Source: Saccostrea echinata (lineage: Eukaryota). From it: 64,000 nt of DNA. Position numbers and translations under genes: made by a program. The notes under the pieces were generated by a model that saw only the letters and a program-made list of their open reading frames with translations, was not told the origin of the DNA and did not search any database. The stretch covers positions 2,232,001-2,296,000 of the forward strand of contig NW_026889750.1 of NCBI RefSeq assembly GCF_033153115.1. The letters run 5' to 3'. Each line of letters opens with the position of its first letter. The stretch's first letter is position 1. Below, in pieces: positions 15,001 to 26,486 of this stretch.

Positions 15001-18000
15001 TACATATAGAACAGTATTCGGCATATATCCATTACATACATTAGACTTAAACGAAGTAGATGCGTCCGAAAAATATAAATCCTATACAAGGCAACTTGTA
15101 CAACGTAACAAAGATCTGTTTGCTAAAATGTATAGTGAGTTAGGGCACACTAAAACTGTAACAATGAAAATAGAAACTGGTGACCACCTCCCAATAAAAA
15201 ACAGACCTTACAGAACTCCGCTAAACAAAAGACAAATTATTGATAAAGCAATTGATAAAATGCTTGATGCAAAAATCATACAATGATCACAATCGCCGAG
15301 GTTTTTCCCGTTGGTAGTAGTTGGAAAAAAAGACGGAACGCAAAGAATGTGTGTAGATTTTCGGTCATTAAATAAAATTGTAAGACCAGCATCCTACCCA
15401 CTTCCGCTAATAGATGATATCCTGAGTTTATTGGATAAATCTAAATATTTTACTACACTAAATCTTAAAAGCGGATATTGGCAAGTTCAACTGCATTTGC
15501 TTGTCATAAAGGTTTATTTCATTTTAACAGAATGCCTTTTGGTTTAAGTAATGCACCCGCAGTATATCAAGAGCTTATAAACATTTTTACAAGGATGCGA
15601 AAAATTTGCCATTGCCTATCTCGACGATATGTTGTCATTTTTTCGAAAACACCTGAAGAACATCAAGCCCATATAGAGGAGATTTTCGGAGAATTTTGCA
15701 GCATGGTCTTAAATTAAAATTAAAGAAATGCAAATTTTCCAGGAAGAAACAGAATACTTAGGTTTTGTTATAGGCCCGGAGGGGGTTAAACCTGATGAAA
15801 AGAAAATAATGGCCATTAGAACATTACCAGCGCCAACTACAGTAAGGGAGGTTAGAGGGTTTATTGGCATGTGTAGTTATTACCGACGTTTTTTTCCCAA
15901 TTTTTCAAAAATAGCGGAACCTCTCATAAATCTTACAAGAAAATATGCAAGGTTTAATTGGGACGAACAATGTCAAATTGCATTTGATTTTCTTATGGAA
16001 AGTTTGACTGTTGTACCTTTGTTAGCAGACCCGGATGTAAACAAACCGTATGTACTTTACACTGATGCTAGTGAAAATTGTATTGGAGCGGTTCTTACAC
16101 AGCAAACTAATGAGGAGGAGGAAAAACCCATATATTATCTCTCGCATAAGCTTAGTAGTACTCAGACTAGGTGGTCCACAATAGAGAAAGAGGCATTTGC
16201 TATTCATTACGCATTACAAAAGTTAGATCATTATTTGCATAACGCCACTTTTACTATAAAAACTGACCACAAACCATTAAAGTACCTATTAGATGCCCCC
16301 ATGCAAAATAAAAAGATACAACTTTGGGCATTAAGTATAGCAGGTTACAATTGCAAAGTACAGTACATTGAGGTAGATATAATTGTTGTGCACATTTACT
16401 TTCCAGACTTCCGTCTACAATTAGTAAGGAAAATGATGAGGGAAATGAGGAAGACAATGAAACAGATGTAAATGAAAATGCTTTTGAACTCAATGTGATT
16501 AATTCTAACAGAATCGAACCCAAGAAATTTGCAAGTTGTGAATTATCGGTACCTGATGATTTAATAAACCATTTTTAGAACTACCAGAGGGTATTGATAT
16601 TCAACAATTACAAAATTCAGATGAGCAGATAATGAAATTGAGGGAAAAATTTAACAAGGGAAAAGCTACTCAATTTGAAGAAAAGAAATTTATAGAAATT
16701 GATGAATTGCTTTATTATTTGTCAGATGGTGATTCAGAGTCACCAAAATTGAGATTATTTATCCCAGCAGAGTTAGAAGAACTTACTCTAAAACAATATC
16801 ATGACAATTTAGGGCATATGGCTGTAGACAAGACCTATGATGCTATCCGACAAAAGTACTACATTCCCAATCTTTATAAAAAGTTAATCAGTTATATAGA
16901 AGAATGTGTTATTTGACAGACTAGGGGTGCTAGAAAAAGTCAACCTCCTGTGCACGAGACGTAAATTCAACCTTATCCTTTTGCAAAAATCGCACTTGAT
17001 TTGTCAGGTCCATACCCGACTACTTTGTCTGGAAACAAGTACATCGATTCATTGGTTAGATATTTACTCGGGGTGGCCGGAAGCATTTAGTGTCTCAGAT
17101 AAGTCCGCTGAAAATATAGTACATATAATTTTGGACGAGATCTTTCCAAGATACGGGTGTCCTTTACAGCTATTAACAGACAATGGTACTGAAAATGTTA
17201 ATAAGGCGGTAGCAGAAACACTAAAGGAATTGAATATTCATCACATTACTACTTCTTATTACAATCCACAGGGTAACGGGAAGGTAGAAAGGTTTCATCG
17301 AACTCTGCATGATGTAATGGCTAAAAAGGTTCAAGAAGATACACAAACTTGGGATCTTTATATAAACCAAACACTAGCTGCCATTAGGTATCACACCAAT
17401 GAATCAACTAAATACTCTCCTTTTTATTTATTGTATAACAGGGATGTAGTTTTACCATTAGATACTATATTGAAGGAGGTATTTGGGGGAGGATCAACAA
17501 AAAATTGCAATTCAACAGCAACATAAGGCATTTGTAAATGTTTACATAAATTTGAAAGAGGCAAAGCATAAACAGAAATTACGAGCCGATAAAGGGAGTA
17601 AAGAAGAAACTTTTCAAATAGTTGACCCTATTTATTTAAAAAATAATCGGAGGACTGGTAAGCTAGATAAAAAATGGGTACCCTATTACCGCATTGTTGA
17701 ACAAACAGGTCCCGTTAGCTTTGTTGTTAAAAATCAGTTAAATAATACCTCCACTAAAGCTCACGCAAGGCACCTTCATCATGCTCGAATTAATGAGTGA
17801 GAAATTCCACAAAATTCTGGAGAACGCACCTTAAGACAAACTCAGTATGTAGTACCCCCAGAAAACGAGTCTGATAGCGAAAATTCTGAACAGGAAGTAG
17901 AGCAGCCAGCCTTACAAAGAATGATAAATAGAAAACGAGTCGAACGCGAAAATTCCTCTGATGAAGACGACATCCCGTTACAAGAGTTAAGGAGGAGAAT

Positions 18001-21000
18001 TTGTGCTCGTGCTTTAAACAATCGCGAAACAGACAAAAATGAAAATTCAAACGAGGTAAATAATGACCATCTAATAACACCTAACGCAAATAACCGAGGT
18101 AAAGATACGGAAATGGAATATGGTTCTGACTCTACTATTGATAACAATTATCAATACTCTAATTCTGATTCGGGAAATGAAGAATATGGATTAGATATAG
18201 ATCCTACTATGCGTGATTCACCAGAGCGGTTAATTGAAGTAGAACAAGAAATGGAAGTTGACGGTATAAATATTAAATGTAATAACAACAAGTTAAAAAG
18301 AGGCTTCTGTAATAGTTGTGTAAAACCAACTGTAATGCCTAGAAAACGGGTATTAGTGCTAAATAAAGAGTGTTCGCAAAGTATAGATCTTAGTTATAAA
18401 CCTAAAGTTAAACCTAGAAGACCACAGGAACAGAAGGAGTTGTGTAATAGCGCATTACGAGAGAAAATAGTAATGTCGCAGATCAATTTATCAGGATCGT
18501 GGGGAAATTACTTCAAGTATAAATCGGGTAAAATTTATGAGTATTAAACACACTGTGTTTAGTTTGAAAGTTTCCTCGACCCTTTAAAATTGACAAAACA
18601 TATAAATTTGCCCCGAGAAAAGTGGATGTAAAGAGTTGAATAGTTGCCTTTGGACATCTCTCTTTTTCAGTAATCCCACTTATGGATCTTTGACAGCTAC
18701 TTGTAAATACTCAAAAAGAGCTACCAAATTTTAAACAATAATTGAAAATTCCATTCGTTTCCATTTTAACGTCTTGCATAACCTTACTGGAAGTTGACCA
18801 TCTTGTAATTGTTACAACTATTTGTGTATAAACATGATGAACAACATACCATAACAATTATGGGGAATGGTTAAAATATCATCCAACGTAATGTTTTACT
18901 TTATTGAATGTGGGATCATATTCAGCAATAACAAATCAAAACGCGTAAGACTTTGTGTCATTAAATTTTGGGTGTAAAGCAATTTATGGGTCTTTGATAC
19001 TACCACCTTTTTTATAATCAGGAGAGTACCTTTGATTTATTTTCATCTACCTTTTAATATTTTGTTTAAAACAAACGTCACTTTGTAAAAATTGATTTAA
19101 AAAATGTTTCTCTCCTAGAAAAATTAAAGGCACATCAAAGAATTACCTTTTCTTAATTTAATCAAAGAATTGTCTTTAATTTAGTAGATAATGTTGAGCC
19201 TATGCCTACGGACAATGGTTTCAAATGTCTTGGTTCAATTTATCTTCATTTTGCATTTGATCTATACCTAAGTGTGGAATGAGAACATTGATTCCAAAGC
19301 GAACAATATTTGTGAAGAGTAGTAAAGCGTAGTAAAAAAATATATCTATGCGTAGATAGTGATGTAAACATATATTGGACACTTATATTGGACCCATATA
19401 ATCAGTGCAACCAACTGTAACCTTTTATATTGGACTTAACATCGGGAACAGGAAGAATATGTCTGCGAACCTCATACGCTGTTCGATTATCGTAATATAT
19501 GCGATTAACAATTAATAAATTGTGACTAAATTATTTTCAAAGACTGGGCATTTTGTTTAATAAAAGTGAACAGTTTTGTTGGAATAATTCTTATCTTGTG
19601 AACGAACTAAACTGTAACTAAGTTTAAAGTTATGTTCAGGATTTAACAGAGAAATTTCAACTGGGAAATTTCTTATTGTGTGGGAATGTAAACCTGTAGT
19701 GTTTAGAACGGAAATTTTATTTGAACATTTTAAACTTGGACTATATTCATATCCTAATCATTTTAGTTATTAATAGCTAACTTAGTAGTGACAGTAAAAT
19801 AAAATAAAAGGTTATTAGGCAAGGATGTTCATTATTAGTGTACCACATACAGTGACTTTATAATTGGAAAAGGGACTTTATGTTCATGAACTATAATTAT
19901 CTTGTTAGAACAAATTGGATTTTGTTGTTGGTACAATGAACTATAATTTTGTAAATCATTTTATAATGGAATTGATCAGAAGAGACCAATCAAGTCCATC
20001 GATACTAAGTAATAAAATTTTAACGGAAATGCAAAGTTACTATTAAGATTCTTGACCAAGAGTAATAAAATTGGGAACTTTGAAGTAGATAAGTAAAAGA
20101 GCTTAGGGCTAGAACTCCTGTGTTGCAGAGATTGGAACGGAATCCATAAATATTATTAAAGTAGGTATACCTGGATTGGAGGGTGGTGCCATGTTGGGGT
20201 TCATAGGTCAACGGACAGACCTACGGACAAAGCGTAGGTGACATGGCAATGGTAAGACAGCCAAAGAAATGATTTTTATATCCCGGACCATGAATACCCT
20301 CTGAGCACAATATATCCCTGTTTTGCTGAAAAAACGTCTCTCTCTTTTCTTTGACTGTTTTGGAATACTTATTGGACTCTAATTTTTTTGGACCCCACCT
20401 TAATTATTACTTTTGGAGTTTTAGTTCTACGCTCTTGTTAAATATTTGGGACGGATCTTTAAAACTTTTGCTACAACCAGCGTATTGGTCTATTCTGGTG
20501 AAATTTCAGAAACAAGCATTTAAGGACCCTCTCTACACTGCACCCTATTTTCAGGGTACCTTTGTGTAATTAGACTGACCCACCATTTGACATATAAGTA
20601 GAATAAGTATTCTAAACATTATATCAGACCAAGATAGAGTATTTGAAAACTTTATTTCATGTATTTTATCCATTTGAGTAAGTGAAGGCAATTTTTCTTT
20701 TTCTATTACTTCAATGTCTTTGAAGATTTTTCCTGAATAAAAAGGCACGCTCCCTATATTAAAAATGGGTTAGTTAATTTCGAAATATCCTCCTTTATGT
20801 TATATAATTTTCTCAAAGTCCAAAAAACATTTTTCATCAGTGTATAGAGGGTCCTTAAAAATCTTTATGATCACGGTAGTTTAATAAACTTTTCAAAAAA
20901 ACTTACAAATTTTGTTATTGGCTTACAAATTACCATCGCAATTCTATTATTAAATTAAGATTTTCAACTACAGAGATTTTGAAATTCTTATATATATGTT

Positions 21001-24000
21001 ACATATCTATTTCGTCCACTTTTGTGAATTGTTTACCAGTGCGCAGGAAATAAAAGATACCACGGAGTCTGACACATCTGTTTCATATTTGGATATCTAT
21101 ACTTATAAATTAATAAATTTTGCAAATAAACTCCGAAACGGGTGGACCAGAGTTCTTACTTACTCCTCTAAGAATACACACGATACAAGATGATGTCCGT
21201 AAACTATATTTAGATTTCACTTGCATTGTAAGTATCGTACATTAAATTAAAAGTCTACTTTTATTTTCTATAAACAGCCATGAAATAGCAAAAACGTGAG
21301 TACGGTGGCGTTCCCGGTTGGCGGATCTAAGTTACTGGCAATTTTTAATGAAACTGGCAACAAGCAATCGTTTATTTATTTCATTAAACGTCATTACTGA
21401 ATTATTCAATCAAAACTTGATTTAAATGATATAAAAGAAATAAGTTGTGATAACCAATTAAAAAGGAAAATGTGCAAATTATTTTCGTCATTCAACGATC
21501 GTAATATTGACGGAAGCTTCTAGAACATCATATAGCATCGAGCCCGATGTTAAAAAGAAACCAGCTGCTTTCAAATAAAAAAAAAAGCTTTTGTGTGAAT
21601 GATCATTGAAATAATGGTAAATCATTGTAAGTTGTGAATATATTTATATATCGAAAGACTATTACATATATTTAGTAGGTTTTCATAATAAATTTATCGG
21701 TAAAATTTGTATATATATTTCTCACTGAGAGCATCGTGGCAACGAACCCGAAGTACAATTTGTACTTCGTAATAAACCTGCTTACATGAAAAGAGAAAAT
21801 TAATGAATGAGGTGATGTTCAAATACATAATGCTGTAAAAATTTTGCGCTTTAATTCAATACATCTCATTTTTTTTCTGAATACAGTTTTTTGTATCAAA
21901 TACTCGGCCTATTCCAGTGGCGGATCCAGGAATTTTCAAAAGGGGGGGGCGACCAGTTTGGGGTTGGGTAGGGGCCCACGGACACCCCCACCCCAAATGA
22001 TTTTTTAAATTTTATGTATATTTTGGATACAAAACGGGAGGGGGCTGGGGGCTGGATCCCCCTCTAAATCCGCCGGTGTATTCATAGGGCGTTATATAAA
22101 AGCTAATTTTACACAGGTACTTAGGTCCTGGATTATAAATATGTATGTACCTTATTGAAACGTAAAAAAAAAAGAGGTAATGTGCAGTTTTTACATATCA
22201 ATAAGGTACATATATATTTATAAACCAAGACCCAAGTACCTATGAATTTTTACCAAAAAAAAAAAAATCAATTTCTCAGTAAAATGTGCATTTCTTGACG
22301 GAAATGATATAAGAGCACCTGAAGTACAATATCCATAACATAGTATATAATAGGTTTCACAATATACGTCAATTAATGAAATTATTATTTAAGTTTTACA
22401 AAGGGGGTGGGGGTGGAGACGTACTTCTACTTCATGCGGGATTTTGAACAAAGCATTTCTTCCTGCTATAAACCTGTAGGCTGTCAATAGAAACTACAAT
22501 ATATATATTATTGGATTTTTTCTGTCGGTAGTGGTATAAATTCAATTCCCCGCGCTTGCGCGGGATTTCATCTAGTTTAACTAGAAAAAGACGTTTATGG
22601 TAATGTAACAACAAAGCTTTATGATAAATGATGACTTTAACTTTCCAATCGTCAACTTCCCTTAATTATGCACCCTCATCTACCCTTATCACCTGCATAT
22701 AAGGTGTATATCTCTTAGTTGATTCGATACGCAAGAGCATCCTCTACGTATGAACAATTTCTAAAACGAGTTAAGTTATTGACAAACAATTTTATTAAAC
22801 AAGATTACAACGGTCTCGTTTAAAGACATCAACTCGTAATATCTATGGTCGATACAATGAACTTGTCACCAAATACAATCTATCATTAGTCATATGCTGA
22901 CTTAAACTTTCTCATACTAATTGTTAGGCCATTATTTACACTCTGAATTGTCGACGGATTTTCCGTTATTTCCCTATCTTGACAAGTAGCACACGGCGGG
23001 ATGCTCACTCCTCCATGGCACCTGATCCCACCTCTTTTTTGGGGGGGTCCGTGTTTGCTCCAAAATTTGTATTGTCTGATTAACTTTTGAGCTTGAATAC
23101 TGTTTGTTATCTCCATATATTTAATGTTGCATACTGACATAATATACTGTAGTTCATCCACGTGGCCTTACGTCCAGATGTTATTAATTGGTTACACAAT
23201 TAGTTTGGGACTTTATAAATACGAAGTCCACGCAGCACTGTTAAGGTGTACTTTGAAAAACTCAACGGAATATAGACGTGGACAAATTGAAACTACTCGG
23301 CTATGTAAAGGCTTCCCGAAGCTTTAAAATGCGTTTAAACCATAATATTGCATTGCGAGGGGTCGGTTTTGATTTTAATTTGTAAGCTATGTACTTAAGT
23401 ACAGCCAACTTCTATTGAGGGTTCTCTCGCCTATATATTAAAATATTTGCTATGATATCACATGACTCGTAGATCACGTGAAGGTCATTTATAATTTTTG
23501 AAGTGTTTCACATAAATCGCTTCGACGCAGCCTTTTAACAAAATTATTATAAACATTTTGTTATATAAATCAATTCATCGTATCCTTGTGTACCCGAAAT
23601 GTGCTTGGGAAAGGTCATAGTATGACTTGAGTATACAAAATATTCAACGAGAAGTTCAACTTACCGGCACATTTCGGGGTGTTTCCCACTCAATATCGTA
23701 ATCTGTATTAAAACAAAGCCACCACACATTTTTCCCAAGCAAGATTCAGTTAGAGAGCAAACTCCTCTTACATATTTACACAAAAGATATCAAATTAATC
23801 CTCATTAATTGCCTGCACCAGACTCTTTTATACACACATAATAAATTCTACCTCTAATCACGGGTATGAAACAGAATACATTTCAAAAGCAAAAATTTTT
23901 CCGTAGGCATTTTGAACACGCATAATTGCAATTGAAGTTAATTAAACGAAGTATTTGAAAATATTCAGACACATAAGATCTAAAAATACAATCAAGACGT

Positions 24001-26453
24001 ATGAATTTTGCAACAGCTTTCATATTTAACATGCGATTTAAAATAAGGTGTAGTTTATGACACTCTCCCCGTCATAACAACTAACGTTTGCAGTGACTTG
24101 ACGCCATTTTCCATTATGACATCATATATTGGTAGTTCAGAGCGCAGTACAGTTAAGGTGCCATATGGAAATATCGGTGATTTTTTTAGATAGAAAATAC
24201 ATTCTATATAAGGATGGGCTATTCTTTTTAGGATTTTACTATTATCGGACAAATGTAATGTGGTTTTAAAACTACGTGTTAAGGACAGTTAGATTTGTTA
24301 TTTAGACTTGTCACCTTGATGTGGTAGTCACATGATCGGTATGTATTGAGGTCATCTATATAAATTCCAATATCGTAAGGGCATAACCAACTTAAAAATC
24401 TAAGTTCAATTAATAATTATTTTCAACACTCTTTGTAGTTTTTGAAAAGTGGTGCGAACCTATATAGATTCTACTATCCAATTGCTAGAATTATAATTGT
24501 TATGTTGAATATTTTGCTGGTCAACTACATTAAATATAGATATAATTATTTCATTTGCAAGATTTTATCAGGTTTGCAATTTAAAACACCTTCATTCTTC
24601 TTGAGTTTATCCGTAAAAACTTGTCATGATCCATTCAGGACATGCCCTTGCAATTATTAAGAGCCTTCTATTACCCTTCAATGAATTTGCATGCATACAT
24701 ATATACTGCAGTATCACATGTGTAGGGAAGGTACGGAAAGTTGTGAAAAAAATCATAAAATAGACATCGCATCCAAGTTAATGGCCTATTATATATCTGC
24801 AACTAATATTTTATTTGATTACATTTTCAACTGTATAAAAAAACTTGGCTCACTCATTCTTGTAAACTGCGTCAAATTTTACGATATGACGTCAAATTGA
24901 CTAGTGCATTGCTATCAGTGAATTGTTTATATTTTGCTATGTAGAGTTTAACTAATGGCAGTAGTAAGTATTGATATAGTTTCAAGCTAGCTAGTTTGGA
25001 TACCTTATTTGACAGTCACGTGATAAATGCATATAATGTGTACTGCATGGAAGTCATATTAAACAAATTTCAATATCGCAAGAGCAAACCCTAGTTCAAA
25101 TTGTGTTAAATTGTTTGCGCACATCTTGTAGTTTCTGGAACGTGCTGCTGCGTTAAATAGAATTCGCATTTTATTACTTTAAATTTCAAGTAATTGACCT
25201 CAAGTTAAAATAAGTGTGGTCTTTACCAAGTATTTTATGTATTTATTAAGTGTAACAGTTGAGAAAATGTATGACTGGACCGGGAATCGAACCCGGGACC
25301 CCTGCACCACTAGTCAGGTGCTCTACCGACTGAGCTATCCACGGCCCAAACCATTACACAAGTTCTTATTTGCCCTTGGTAGGACTTTCACCTGCATCTC
25401 CATGGGTGGTCAACGGCACCAATTTACTAGTATGTAACAGGAAAGATGAAAATATATGGCTGGACAGAGAATCGAACCCGGGACCCCTGCATCACTAGTC
25501 ATGTGGTCTACCGAATAAGCTATCCAGGCTGATATCCACGACCCAAACCATTACATAATTAACGCTCTCGATTTTTGGAAAGCAGCAGCACACTTCAAGT
25601 TAAGGAATATTTCCTTTATGTAATATAAAAAAAATTGGTCAAAATCTGTTAAATGTATGCCCTTGCGATAAGGCGATTTAATTAGGCACTTCGATGTTAA
25701 ACATGCCAACCCTGTACACAAAAACAAAGGTAGATTATTATGATACATTCTCCCGATAGTTATTGAATAATGGCAGTAAACAAAGGTTTCTTATTGGTTT
25801 TAATGGTCTATTTTACATCTTGCATCAGTGTTAAGTTTTGATGTAGTTCATTACTTATACAGTTTTACATCGCAAATTATTTCATTTTCTGGTATTGTGA
25901 AGAATTGCTATTTTTTGGTGATGTCACGGTAAACTTTTCCTGTATATTAGGCCCCGCACCCTTAATGCAGCCTTAACAGTGCTGCTTACGATGTGATATG
26001 GATATCCGTTTTAGGGCGAGGCGAAGGTGATTTTCACCGTGGATGAATTGGGTCCCAAACTAAATATGTAACGAATTATTCCCGCTGAAGACCTTTACAA
26101 GCTTGGTTTAGAGTTGGTTACATATTAAATAAAATATGAAATATAATTTAAAATATCATTGAACATCACATATTCTCGATATATCGTTATCACAGTTAAG
26201 ATATGGATTATAAATTTCAACAAAGAAACCGTTTCTTGTCGCCATTTACTTACATTAGATACACAGAATTTCGATGTTAAATACACTTCTTGCTGGGGAC
26301 GGTTTATTTAAATATTTCAGGGTGTCAGGTGATCTAATTTTAACCAATCAGTTTCCTACAAATTTGTCTGAACCGGGATAATATTAGTTATGGAAACACC
26401 TAGAAGGGTAATAGGGAAATATATCGGGTCCTTGAAATAATGCATATTTAGCA

Positions 26454-26486
<33 letters not shown>

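Larger units (their letters stand above)
11315..20927 (+). mobile_element. Full-length decayed Ty3/Gypsy LTR retrotransposon
   Basis: TGTAA...TTACA LTRs, 4-bp TSD AATT (11311-11314 and 20928-20931), PBS, and domain order gag-PR-RT-RNaseH-IN; many stops and frameshifts. Confidence 0.97.
21164..23979 (-). pseudogene. Candidate decayed 5-exon cassette of gene B (cadherin-like beta domain?)
   Basis: Exons 23979-23852, 23702-23665, 22473-22425, 21777-21726 and 21203-21164 have GT-AG ends and chain in phases 1-0-2-0-1-2; the first exon has two in-frame stops. Confidence 0.5.

Noticed and set aside
25270-25530. Two tRNA genes
   Set aside because: A/B boxes are present but the acceptor and anticodon stems do not form a clean cloverleaf; both lie inside TG..CA repeats of a TRIM.
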